From Amphiscolops sp. MND2022 (lineage: Eukaryota): DNA of 64,000 nucleotides. The translations under genes and the position numbers were made by a program. The stretch lies in NCBI GenBank assembly GCA_964187785.1, contig OZ076409.1, positions 64,606,001-64,670,000 of the forward strand, given 5' to 3'. The notes under the pieces were generated by a model, which did not search any database, was not told the origin of the DNA, and worked only from the letters and a program-made list of their open reading frames with translations. This document shows positions 11,989-24,306 of the stretch, one piece after another (within the stretch, counting starts at the first letter, position 1; the number at the start of each line of letters is the position of its first letter).

Positions 11989-13230
11989 TGGTAGATGTTA
12001 GGCTGGTTGGCATCATATTGGGGTGTCCATGATTGTGGCATTTGGTTCATGGATATCATCTTGGTTTGTTGTTGCTGAAACTGCTGTGTGGGCACAAACT
12101 GGGCATTGGAGAATTGATTATATGGCAAGACTGGTGGGTAGGTTGGTTGTGGGCGAAACCAACATTGTGAGATCAGATGGCCAAATTTGTTGCAGTAGTT
12201 GCAGTACTTTTGTCCAGATTGGGCGAAGTATGGGTTGTTGTTGTTGTTGTTTTGCCAATTTTGTCCACGTGGTTGCCAATTTGGGTTTCGAGGTCGAAAG
12301 TTCTGGTTGTTATTGTTTTTCCAATTTTGTTGATTATTTTTCCAATTCTGCTGATTATTGTTATTGTTACGCCATTGTTGCTGATTATTTCCTCGAGGAC
12401 CAAAATTTTTGTTCCAGTTCTGACGATTTTTGTTGTTATTGTTGTTCCTGTTATTGTTGTTGTTTTGGGTATTGTTTTGGGTAGCTGCAAGTTGATTGAT
12501 TGTAGGTTGAAGAGTTTTATTTAACTCTTGAAGTTCTGTTGAGAGTTTTCCAGTTTCTTCTTTCAGTGTGTCCTGGGCTTTGGACAACTCGTGTATGCCA
12601 GTCAGTAGTTGTTTTGTTGAAAAGTTACTGACCTCGTTGAATGCTGTATCGTCGTCCTCAGGGTAGAGGCGGTCAACGATAAGACGGCTGGAAACCTTGG
12701 TGCATAGTTCATCTATTGCCATATCTTCGGGTTGAGTCATTAGGAAACGCTTCATCTTGATGGGCATTCCGTTGATGAATGCTTCACGAACTCTGCGAGT
12801 TCGCTCTTGAGCACGATTTTCAGCATTTACTGCAGGTCTTCCTCCTGCTGCAGCTCGGGCTTGAATGTCCGGGTACGCTTCGAGTGCCAGTCTTTGCAGC
12901 TCAGTGAGAAAGTCTTGTGGACTTTCGTCAGAGACTTTCATTTTGCGTGAATTGAAGAATTTTTTGCAACTGTATTCTTTGATCGTTTTGGTAACGATTT
13001 CGTAGGGCAGCTACGGCGGCGTCGTAGTCGTTTCGCACAGCAGCTTCTTGTTGGTCAAAGAAAGTTAGGGCACCTCCTTTAAGATGAAGGTGTAGGTACC
13101 GATGACGTTGGTCATTGGGAATGCCTGCAACTTGAGTGCAGCTCTCAAGTTGGCGGAGAAATTCGTCAAAGTTTTCTTTTTCGGTACCCTTGAAGGGTTG
13201 AAGATTTACAAAAGGTTGTATGGCAGCCAT
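11979..13230 (-). pseudogene. gag: Gypsy gag with N/Q-rich region and CCHC knuckle (one frameshift near 12950)
   Basis: ORFs 12928-13230 and 11979-12941; PFKG...F, ESPQDFLTELQRLA, REAFING, CNYCNKFGHLISQC. Confidence 0.9.
11982..11988 (-). promoter_or_regulatory. -1 ribosomal frameshift heptamer A AAA AAC at the gag/pol junction
   Basis: Gag ends CAA AAA AAC TAG. The -1 frame is open from here through LGKPHN...ALIDTGA. Confidence 0.8.
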
Positions 13231-13393
13231 AATTGTAGAATTTGAAAGTAGATTTTTAAGAAGAAATATTTATTGTGAAGATTTAGTATTTCAGGTGAGT
13301 TTTTTTACAGTACTTGCTGTTTCAGAGAGAAGAGATTTGAGCTGGTGGTGGATGGAAGAAAGAAAGTTCTAGCGAGCAAATTTGTGGAGAATA

Positions 13394-13406
13394 ACTCCTG
13401 TCACCA
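13394..13406 (-). promoter_or_regulatory. Primer binding site, tRNA-Leu-like
   Basis: TGGTGACAGGAGT lies immediately after the LTR end. It matches the recalled Leu PBS TGGTGTCAGGAGT at 12 of 13 positions. Confidence 0.65.
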
Positions 13407-13791
13407 TGTCAGTGACTGTGGTCGAGCGGCTGATCTGATTTTGTTTTAGAGACATTTTAGTTTTGTAGAACTTGTTTTATTCGAATGCTTAATTGGGTAA
13501 CTTCTCCTTTGCTCAATTCTCTAACTTTTAGAAAGAATACAATTTTGGGTAGAAAGATTTGTTTTATTGTAGCGATAAAGAAAGTTAGATTATGATGAGA
13601 TTAATTTAATTTAGTACAGTTTAGTTAGTACAACAAGTTCTCGGTCTGTCCGTTTTACTGATCCGCTCGTCCACCTTCTTCTTTGGTCCAGCGTGTTGAG
13701 TTGTGATTGGCTGGCATTGTGATTGGTTGTCATCTGTACTTCAACGAAATTTTGTTGTTAATGTACACTTGTCCATGGCGTTGTCATGACA
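13407..13791 (-). repeat. 5' LTR of the Gypsy element (385 bp)
   Basis: Minus strand begins TGTCATGACA and ends CACTGACA abutting the PBS; it contains AATAAA. The outer boundary is inferred from the terminal inverted repeat only. Confidence 0.7.
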
Positions 13792-14632
13792 AAATGATTT
13801 TTCAAACACCAATTTACAGTAGCTGATTTACTTACAGAACAAATAACGACAAAATTCCTTCGAAATGCCCACTTGGAGTGAATTAATGAGAAAATCGGCC
13901 TCTTCTGGACTAATTTTTCGGTAACAAAAAGTTTGCAAAAACTTTAATGAAAGTCTTCCAACAATTCCACAAAAGGAAAAAACGAAGATCAGATGTTACA
14001 GTGGAAACATTCCGACACACTTTTAAAGTAACTCACATAATCTGAGTTTTCAAAAATGCTTAAGAGTAAGAGTTTTCGGGAAAAAAATCATGTAAAAGTT
14101 CAGGAATCCAGTATAAAAAATTCAACGCAAACTTCCGCGAAAAGACATCCTCAGTGATTTTGAATGAAAGCATCCACATGTTGGACTACGCCATAATTTC
14201 AAACCGCAAAAAAATCTAATGACAGTTGATTTCTCTGAGGAAACATTTCAAATCGCAATAACTTTTTACATGATGAATTGAAACAACAGTCTGGAAGACA
14301 GCTGTCCGTAACAAAACATTCTTGTGACATACTTTGTATCTTTGATTCAGACTTTGGCTTCAGCACTTTTTCCGAAAACGCCCTCCTTGAAAGTTTACAC
14401 CACTAAATGATCACAAAAAGCTAATTTTCAACTTTTACTCCGTGAAAATATATTGGCGGAATTAGAACTGTTTTTGGCTGTTCACTTTTCAAGAAAGCGT
14501 TTTCATGGAGAGCTTTAACTATAATAGTTGAAGAGCGTTGTCAAAGCTACAAAAACGATCGGAAAAGGTTTTCTTTTAGACAAGTAGGTTTTGAGAAAAT
14601 GTGTAAAACGGTTCGAAACATTCCCTCGAAAC

Positions 14633-15179
14633 AAACAAGACGGGAATGTCTCAAGTCGGCGCCCACTTCTCGAACTACCGTCTCAATTGTCTCCGCTTTA
14701 GCAAAACGCAATACAGTCAGGATGTAACGTCAAAAATTCGAATAGTGTTGAAAAAATATATATTGGTGGACAGATACTGAGAAAACTTAACTTCAGACGG
14801 AAAATGAGGATTTTGAAACAGTCTCATAGTGCCGAAAAATCTGAAAGGGTGGACCCTTTGGGATTTTTTAACATCCATTTTGTTGCATAATATCAAAGAA
14901 GTGAAGGGATACATTATAAAATTTTCACAAAAAGTCTCAATGCCGAAAAAAAAATCGAAAGGAGGACCATTTAGTCTCGTCCGGTTTTGTATGTTACGTT
15001 AAGAAAGTAAAAAAGGGTGACCCTTTGCAATAACTTAGATGCGTTTCCCAGATACTCATTTAGTTGAACAAATTGAACAAAAATTTCGTCGCACTCGAGT
15101 GTCCTAAAGAAAAACAAAAAAACCTAAAAGACTGTGATAGTCGGGCTCGTTTATTTTATAAAAACGCCGACTAAAAAAA
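14633..15179 (+). mobile_element. Short non-autonomous HINE/Helentron-like element
   Basis: Head AAACAAGACGGGAA..AAGTCGGCGC; tail TAGTCG..CGCCGACTAAAAA (sub-terminal inverted repeat plus stem-loop); internal AAGGGGGACCCTTT-type motifs shared with many copies. Confidence 0.65.
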
Positions 15180-16810
15180 CAATCTCCTGAAAATACCATG
15201 CGATATCCCTTGTGAAACTTCGAGACAGTAGTAGTTCTACGAAAGTTAGTTCTATCACTGATCCATGAATGACTTTTTTCATGATACGAATATTGAGCTC
15301 TTCAACGTTTTGGTATACTAGTGTATTTTCGATGAAAAATTTGTACAGAAAACAAAATCGCAACAATTAGCTCTTCTCAAATCAATGTGAAGGAAGTAAT
15401 TTTTCGATTCGGACCAATGAGGGAAATCAAGTCAAAACAGACAAAAAAATCCTGCATTCATCGCCACTTTTGAGTCATCGTTTTTCGACATTGCAAGGAA
15501 AACGAGAAAATCTTCGGCACTAAAAAATTCCAAGCATAAATGTTTTCCGAGGGAAATCTTTTTTTTTAAATTCCTAGAGAAATGATTGCAAATTTCGGTA
15601 TTTGATGTTGATATGACAACAAAACTGTTATGAAATTAAAAATCAAAAGCTTTCGACTGAGATATCTATTCAAGAGGAATTGAGTGGAACAATGAAAAGA
15701 CGATTTTCAAAATCGTGATCGTTTTCAGTATTTCCGATCAAGTATTCAGCGAAATTAAACCAAGTTCCACCTAAATCATTTATAAAGGCGATTACGTTTC
15801 TATTGGGACCGATACCAGAGAAATTGAGTGAGGACGCACATTGTCAAAGTTCTACAAATATTGGAAAATTTGATCGCTCCTCAACACCAATAGCAAAAAG
15901 CAAAAATCGGCTCCACTCAATAACTCCAAGTATAATTATCTTATGACCCGAATTCTGTGCCCTATATATAAAGCTCCTACGAAAAACTTAATTTTTTGGT
16001 CGTGAGAGCTGCGATATCTAGTACTTCTTCGGAAAAACTTCCACGGTCGTAAGAGCGGGTTATCTTATGATAGTATTTGAAAATTGGAAAAGATTAAGTA
16101 GGAATATTTTGGATATTTGTAATTTGTATACACTGCTTCTTCTAAATATTCTCGATCAAGTTGAGAAGCATAGCGGTCACAGACCTTGTGAACTGAAACA
16201 ATCTTAGAATTGACACAACTAAAACAAAAGATTGGGTATTTATAATTATATTTCGCATAATTCAATCTATATATACATAGAAACTACAATAGGGTGAATT
16301 TTGGTGGGATTTAATGAAAAATAGGCAAAAACGAAAAACAGAAAACATGAGCACCTTCAATTGATATTTTTATTCCATGAAAAATATTAAAATTCAACGA
16401 ATGACCTTGAATAACATTTAGGAATTGAACAAAAAGAAGACAAACCTAACATTTCATCAGTGTACACACAAATTGTCACAACGGGTGAATTAGGATTACA
16501 AATTTATTAGACACTGTTCAAAGTGTCTTGAATCGAAAATGAGAGACGTAATTGCAGAAGAAATTCATTTTCGGAATGACATTCAGGAAACTATTTGATC
16601 TCCTGTGGTATTCGATTACACGTTGCTTTGATACGATATTCGCTTCCACTTCGGAGCCCAGACGAGTAATCGGAGAACTAAACAGTTATCGACTCCGAGT
16701 ATCAAATCCAAACGCCTCATAACTTTCCAAATCTTGGATTTTTTTGGAAACTGTTGAATAACAAATCTGCCTCGTCAAATTCAACAAACCCACGCCTTCA
16801 GAGTATCTAT

Positions 16811-19800
16811 CTACTTTTTGCGGAATCCGGGCAGTGCAAACCCTGACTTCGCAGTGACGTGGAACTTGGAAATGAGTTGAGAGAAACAAGATACCAGAGA
16901 GTCTCTGTCGTAAAGTGACACTTCAAAATGTAGGGGAACTTTACACGATTGCACCCATTGAGAAATATCGTCCTGAGAGACATGTCGTTGACACTTCTGG
17001 CTGCCATTGACTACTGGGTCTAACCCTGTCTTGTTGATCAAATCAAGTCGGTTGCCGAGAACCATGATAGGAAATGTTGTTTTGGACTGAAACAACAAAT
17101 GAGCATTAACTATCATGAATACATTGAACGTTTCTGGTTTTTTTTTCACTCTTCGCCAGGACTGTCTACCGGCTAAAAATCTATGTCGCTACTATCGCAC
17201 ATAAAAATCTATGTAAAGCGCCTTCTCTGTATTTAAAGTACCAATTTCTCTAAACTTTTCAAAATTTTGTAATTTCAATTAGAAATCGAGAGATTATTTG
17301 CTACAAAAAATTGAAGTTACAAAATTAAAATCACTTCATCCAAAATTTGCAAAACACTTACATCTTTTTTGATTTTGAGGTCAGCGAATAGATTTGTAGC
17401 CAATTGGAATGTGGAAGCGTCAGTCAAACTGTACAAGATAATGACAGCGTCAATATTTACAAACTCTGAGTTGGTGCGTGCGAGAAAGTACTTGGGCACG
17501 TCAGCTAAACTGTTCACTCCGTCCGTGTCAATCAGCCTCACACTGTCCTTCACACTGCTGCCCACTGTGCCTCCGTTGCTGCCACTGCTTCCTGCAACCT
17601 TCGAGGGAGCTTCCGGGATGAACTCAATCTCCAGCTCGTAGAAATCTTCCAAACTCATGCATGGCTCATAAACCTGTCACAAAACGATATCATATCAATA
17701 TATTCGTGTTTGACTCAGCTACACGTGTCGAGAGTTGAGTATCAACATTTCTCTATCCACTGCGTTTTTATTAAGTTGACTTCATAATTTGTATATATTT
17801 TCGGGACCTGACGATGATACAGATTATCGGAACATGTTGTGAATTAATGTTTCTCATCAATATCAATATTGCATATGGAAGCTTACGTTGAACTCACGAC
17901 AAAACTAGCCATAAAACTCATGTTATTATAAAAATTTGCAAGCCAAGAACGGCATAAGTCCGCGCCCCGCTCAAGCAAAACTACTTCAAAGTGTCAAGGA
18001 GCCTCTTTTGAAAAACTTCTCAATTTTGCAACGCCCAAGAAGAAACCTACTTGGCCAAAAAAGTTTCTCACCAGAAAAACAAAAAACCAAAGCGTTCTTT
18101 CCGGTTTCATCACCAGAAACATCAAAGAACCAACGCGATAACCCCGTGGGGAAGCCGAAGGGGGACCTTTGGTGAAATGAAGAAATTTTCCTTTTGCAAT
18201 ATCCATTTTTTAAAAAGTCTCACAGTTCCAAAAAAACACTCAAATCCTATTTTAATCGGAATATGTGTCAAAATTTGAATGGGTAGACCCTTCCGATCAA
18301 TTTGAATTTCGTAGAAATTTAGAATTTTATAGTCACTACGACCAGATTGAACAAGACGAGAACGTCTAAAGTCGGCGCTATATCTAAGGCTCAAAAAGCG
18401 CAAAACATTTTTGGAAAAAAACTTGAAATTTTTGAAAATTTTTCTCTTTCAGAAAATGTCGCACAGTGCCGAAAAAAAATCAAAAGGGGACCCTTTAGTC
18501 TCGGCCGGTTTTGTAGGTTACGTTAAAAAAGTAAAAACTGAAAGGAGGGACCCTTTGCACTAAGTTTGCCTTGGCCCCTTAGGTGGTTTCAGGATTGTTT
18601 CTAAAAAGTGGACCGATCATCGTGAGGATTGTAGTCTGAAGAAACAAGACGAGAACGTCTAAAGTCGGCGCCATATCTAAGGCTCAAAAAGCGCAAAACA
18701 TTTTTTTTGAAAAAAACTTGTAAATTTTGAAAAAAAAGTGTTTCAAAAAAAGACGCAGTGCCGAAAAAAATCCAAAGGGGGGACCCTTTAGGCACGTCCG
18801 GTTTTGTAGGTTTCCTTGAAAAAGTGAAAAAATGAAAAGGGGACCCTTTGGACTAAGTCTACCTTGGCCGGACTTGGCCTCAGGTGCTCAGGTGGTTTCA
18901 GGATTGTTCCTAAAAAGTGGACCGATCAGTGTGAGGATTGTAGTCTGAAGGAAAAACAAGCCGGGAACGGCCCAAGTCGGCGCCATATCTAAGGCTCAAA
19001 AACAGCAAAAGGACTTCCAAGTATTCTCTTCTACGGTACCGGAAAAACCCAAAAGTTGAACCGAATTGGCACACCAGAGGCGACACTTTGAAATTTTTTA
19101 TCCATTCTGTCGCAAATCATCAAAAAAAATTGGAGAGCACTTTTGGTGAAAAAAAATTTTTGAAAAAAAGTCTCGACCCTTTAGTCTCGTCCGGTTTTGT
19201 AGGTTACGTTAAAAAAGTAAAAAATGAAAAGGGGGACCCTTTGCACTAAGTTTGCCTTGGCCTTAGTGGTTTCAGGAGTTCCTCTAAAAAGTGGACCGAT
19301 CAGTTTGAGGTCTGTGGTCTGAAGAAAAAAGGTCAGTGCTATAGTCAGGCATTTTTCCTTAAAAGGAAAACGCGCCGACTCGACTAAAAACAAGACAGAA
19401 AGTAATATTCTAATCTTTCTAACTAAATCACCTCCTCCCGTGTCCAAATTGAATGTTTATATTTTTGAAATAAATGCAATGTTCTTAAATGAATGCTCTT
19501 ATTTTTACAACATTCAATTAAATAAACTTTCCTTTCCTTTCCTAAATCAGCCCTTTTTTCAAGAAAATGTGACCAGATATCAGGATAGTAAGTATATTTT
19601 CTAGATCACTACTTTACTGCAGGGATCACTGAAACATAAAACACCCGATGGCAAACGTTTAGAATTTTCGGCACTGCTCGATCTTTTCTGTGGCCAATTT
19701 GACCAAATAGTACCACTTGGAGTTTTCGTGATAATTTGTATCTGAAAGCAAGCCAAAAATTCTGGACAATATTGGATCCTTAATATAAATATAAACAACT

Positions 19801-19936
19801 ACAATATTAAATGAAAGCGACAACTTATACCAACATGACTGGAGCTAGAATGTGAAGAGTAGATGAGTTGGTGCACGAAACTCGTCTTCCCGGTGCCTTT
19901 GCCTCCAATGATGAGGATCCGATATGGCTTAGTCAT
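16811..19936 (-). CDS. NKIRAS: NF-kappaB inhibitor-interacting Ras-like GTPase (kappaB-Ras), 3 exons, about 229 aa
   Basis: Exons 19936-19835, 17673-17362 and 17086-16811 are all phase 0 and GT-AG. GGKGTGKT P-loop, HQLIY, EDFY, VRLIDTDG, VPKYF, VLGNRLD, EVS, C-terminal KSGFALPG and no CAAX, as in kappaB-Ras. Confidence 0.85.
17936..19390 (+). mobile_element. Head-to-tail cluster of HINE-like elements in NKIRAS intron 1
   Basis: Heads at about 17938, 18350, 18642 and 18955; a single CGCGCCGACT..AAAAA tail at 19371-19390. Confidence 0.7.
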
Positions 19937-21939
19937 CCCGTGAAGTTACAGCCCTACACAATCAAGTTAGATTGTCAGACTCAACGCGAAACAGCCGCTG
20001 TATGAACAGTCCAATTGCCTGAAACCAGCCTCAGCAGAATTCATCTGGCAAATGTTCATAGATCGTCGCCAAAACGGCAAAATCAGAGCGGCATTGATAA
20101 ATTCGCAAACTTCAAAGGCATTCCTATCTATAAAATATAAAAGCACATGAAAACTATTATGATAGCGTCACTACAAAAACTACGGGCAAAAGTAGAGTAA
20201 TACCATACAATAAATGGATCAACCATTGTGGTTGAAATTATCAAATTTTTAACATGTATCTTTACAAAACATGTAAAAACAATCAGAAATGCATCGTTGA
20301 AGCATAGTGAGCCTCGAACAAAAATTTCACTGAGGATTCTGAATTGAGAAAACATTTCATGCCTATGGTTTTACACATTTCAAGCAAATGATATTTTCAG
20401 TAAAACCTAAATTGAAGGTCATTTTTAGGCGTCAGAATGATAACCACAATGATAAAAACTTTCAATGAAAACATACTTGGTTAAGCCATTGGTTAAGGGT
20501 TGAAAGAACACAAACTATCATGTAATGCGCACTGCTCATTTTTATGTAAGTCGGCGCTACGTTCAGGGCTCAAAAAGAGCAAAATATTTGAACTACGTTG
20601 AGATAAAAAAGTTCTCATTATTCTGAGCCAAAAAACCAAAAGGGGACCAATATCGCTGTTTCAAATAAAAATTCCAAAAACATAGAGAGGCAGCCTTTGA
20701 CCTGGTCTAGTTTTACAATTTAAAACAGCCACATGCGCTTAAGTGTTTATTATGCCAGTATCTCGAATGGTTTCGGAGATATTAAAGGCCTTCTGGCTGG
20801 AAATTGGATTTCAAACTCAGCCGACCAAATTGTTCCACGAAATACGACAACGATGGAGCTTGCTCTGGTTGAACACTCGAGCACTAGTACATTGGCTCAG
20901 GCAACTTTTAGAGGAAAAGTTTTACTGCATCACAAATACTTTCGAAAATATAGACCTTAGGAAATCAAACATGCTGAAATGTCGCCTTTGATCAAGGAAC
21001 ATTTTCCGTCAAAAATTGCACCAAGGAGCAACGTTAGCGTGATGAAAGCTGCTCCACGAGAAGGCACCGGGATTATACCAATCATGCCAGTAGCTCGAAT
21101 GGTTCCGAAGATAATGGTATCCAATTGATTAGAAATCGGTATTCAGATTCGACCTATCAAGTTTTCTAACGGGAAAAGACTATGTTGGAACATCCGTCGA
21201 CAAAACGAAGCAAGTCGTGTCGATTTTTTTTTGAAAAAACGAAACGCGTACGCATCTTCGCCTAAAAATTAGCCCTGCGCAGGATTCGAACACACGTACT
21301 ACTGCTTTCAAGAACGAAGTAAGGAAAAGTCGTGTTTCACAACTGCAGGAAACAAAATGAATTCAATTAAATTCAGAAAAACTATCACTCTGTGATCTGA
21401 AAAAAGTGCTCCATGCGCTTTCTACAAAGGCGCCAACTGACTTTTCAACATTGAATGCCTTCATTAAACTCTCTTAAAATGCGTTCTATTGCTTCTCCTT
21501 TTCTTAAATTAGTTTTGTTCGGGATTAAATTAGGTTGGTCTTATTGAACAACCTGGGAAAATTTGCAAAAAACATGTTCTCAAACTAATACTTTCCTGAG
21601 AGAAATATCGCCCTCGCGGCTGAATAATTTCACTGCAACTTTTCCCAGAAATTGTATATTCATCAATTCCACATAACTTCTAATAAGATCAATTTATACA
21701 ATTTTCCAAAAACCGACGAATGTGTTTTTAGTCAACGCTTTCGACAAAAAACGCAGGATATAGTAGTCGCTTTTCCGAAAACTAAGAACTGACACATTTA
21801 TACAAATTCGATAACTCGTAACTAAGTTGCTCCCGCCACTTGGTCAAGTGGTTACAACGGGTGCGACAAAAATTGGAAATCAGGTGTGTACATTTGTTTG
21901 CAAAAGTCGAGGGAAACCAGAATGCCTATTTCAGGTTTT

Positions 21940-22158
21940 TTTTCGGAAAAAATGCATGTCAAAGGGTTACCCTACGCTTTTTCAAGTTTTCTGCTGAGAA
22001 AGCGTTTTGCGAACTTGAAGGGTCTTTTTTGATTTTCGGCACTATGAGACCTTTTTTCCGAAAAGTATTGTGTTTTGAGTGTCCCTTTGCTTATTCAAAA
22101 CACTTTGCACTTTTTGAACCTTGAGAGGGGCGCCGATTTGGGCAGTTCCCGGTTTGTT
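21940..22158 (-). mobile_element. HINE-like element, partial, minus orientation
   Basis: Ends GGCGCCGATTTGGGCAGTTCCCGGTTTGTTT, the reverse complement of the family head. Confidence 0.5.
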
Positions 22159-22628
22159 TAAATTTTTGAATCAGAAATATCATGTTGATACTTTTACTGA
22201 ATGCATCCAAAACTTGGACGTAGGGCTTCTTGGATAGTTGACTAGAAAAATTACTAGTAGCAAAAATGGCCGTTTTCGAATACAGGCGAAGCTATCAGCT
22301 TGAGAGGAGTAAATGAATAATAGGCAAGATGAACATTCCTTCTTAACAATATTCCAGCTTACGCAGAAACATCTAAAGAATATCATTTCCCCATCAACCT
22401 TCCGCGATGGAATCTAATTGCATTAATAATGCACTGAAAGTATCCAAAATGGCATTCCCAAAACGAATAATACCCTTCCTTTCGTTTGTAATGAGCGTTG
22501 TAATACTACTTGTTGAGCGTGCTCGTTCTAAAGTGACACATCTCACCTAAACTTGTAAAAGGCAACTGGACCTTGACTTGATTGAGGTTATCAAAAATTT
22601 TGAACCTGTACACAGCGATGTTGAATAT

Positions 22629-22992
22629 AAAACAAGCCGGGAACGGCATAAGTCGGCGCCATATCTAAGGCTCAAAAATAGCAAAAGGACATGAAGGGAC
22701 CCTTTCGCATTTTTTAACATCCATTTTTGCAAAACATCAAAAAATTGAAGGGAGACCCTTTGGTGATTTTTTTTGCCGAATAAAAACTGAAAGGGGGGAC
22801 CCTTTAGTCTCTCCCGGTATTGTATGTTACGCGGAAAAAGAGGGAAAACCTTTTTGGTTCAGTTCGCTACGCCAAATGATTAAATTTGGGACCATAAAAT
22901 TTCGTAGAAGTTTTAAGAGCTGTTTTGGTCAGTTCGTGTGGATTGAAAAAAAAGTCGCTATAATAGTCGCGTTCCACTTCGCCGACTAAAAA
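22629..22992 (+). mobile_element. HINE-like element, complete
   Basis: AAAACAAGCCGGGAACGGCATAAGTCGGCGCC ... TAGTCGCGTTCCACTTCGCCGACTAAAAA. Confidence 0.7.
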
Positions 22993-23364
22993 TCAAGAGG
23001 CAGCCGCAAACTTGAGATAGAAGATGGATAACCAACTCATCAGATACAACGTTCAAAACTCGCTTCCCAAAGGTATCCCGGCTCTTTTCGGATAACTTTT
23101 GGGGTATCCCAGCGACAATTCAGATAAAAGATCTAGTAAATATTAGAAAACTCAGTAATTTGGAGATAAGGCATTTTTCATCGAAATAGACGTTAGGTAA
23201 GCAACAGTACTATCATACGAGGGGACTACTTTTTGAAAATTGTCTGAAAAAGGTGTACAATATCAAAACTGACCAAAAGGGGAACCTATCAGGCTAAAAA
23301 GTATAACTGAAAACAATCTGACTCACTCTACGATGAATAGGAAATTCTTTTCTATGGAAGTCGC

Positions 23365-24306
23365 CAGAGTTGGAACCGGGTCATGATTTTCTACCCGAAG
23401 TCCGGCTCGAGCCCGTTTCAAAAAAATCATAAACGCAACCCGATATTTTTATACACATTTTTAATATTTATATGCCCGACGAAACTGCCCGAAAACGAAT
23501 TTGATACCCGAAAGTAAATTGTAAATGATAATTAGGTATAAGCATCATCAGAATTCAAAAATCCCAGTTTTTACAAAAGAATTCAAAAATTCAACATTAA
23601 ACAGCTTTTGGCAGACATCTGGGCTCTACAAGTTGTGCGAATAAGACAAGCTTGACTAAAATTTCGTTCATTTTGAGCAAATAAAAGGAATCAATTGCGA
23701 AAATAGGCCCCTCCGGGGCTCAGTACTATTTCTGCTTTAATCTTTATTTTTTTAAAACAAAAAATCATCAATAAAAGAATCATATCTGGAATACCAATAC
23801 ACTCCTGTTTAATCATTACTTAGAGCACAATTAATCACTGTACAAGTTTACACCGCCTTTAATTCTTCTCGGACTAAAGAAAATATAACTAAGCGTAGAC
23901 GAAGTTTCGCATTCGCATTTGAATGCAGGCGAAGCTCTCAACGAACGAATAATTAACACTCATTCGCTTCATCTCAATGACGTCAGCATACGAATGGATA
24001 ATTACCACTCGCTCGTTCTATCGCACTAGAATTGAATTGTTGTCGGCAGCTTTCCCACGCTTACACTCACTGCCGAACAAAATATCTGAATTATTCAGTA
24101 GGACGAAATTTGACGACTGAAAAAAAAAAAAGGACCAACTTTGAGGTTACAATAACATTCCTGCTAAAGCAGAAATATTAAAAATTATATAGACCAAATT
24201 AATGTTTATATTTTTTCGATTTATTTTCCGAATTGTTAAACCCGGCCCGAAAAAAATTAAGCTCGAAAAAGCCAGACAACATTTAATCACGTGCTTGGTT
24301 CCAACT
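23365..24306. mobile_element. Non-autonomous hAT-like TIR element
   Basis: CAGAGTTGGAACC ... GGTTCCAACT inverted ends. The interior (23850-24000) is homologous to the hAT derivative at 28930-29100. Confidence 0.55.

Larger units (their letters stand above)
6707..13791 (-). mobile_element. Ty3/Gypsy LTR retrotransposon (5' LTR, PBS, gag, pol; 3' LTR not seen in the window)
   Basis: Domain order gag-PR-RT-RH-INT, with an LTR TGTCA...TGACA followed directly by a PBS. Several stops and frameshifts are present. Confidence 0.95.

Noticed and set aside
12023..12524. Cys-rich and Val/Ile-rich plus-strand ORFs and the Thr/Ile-rich alternate-frame ORF
   Set aside because: Shadow frames of the AAC/AAT-rich gag segment.
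13800..14630. Possible repeat or gene fragment
   Set aside because: No ORF, termini or second copy recognisable in this window.
15151..16265. Short minus-strand ORFs downstream of NKIRAS as exons of another gene
   Set aside because: No motif and no consistent splice model could be built.
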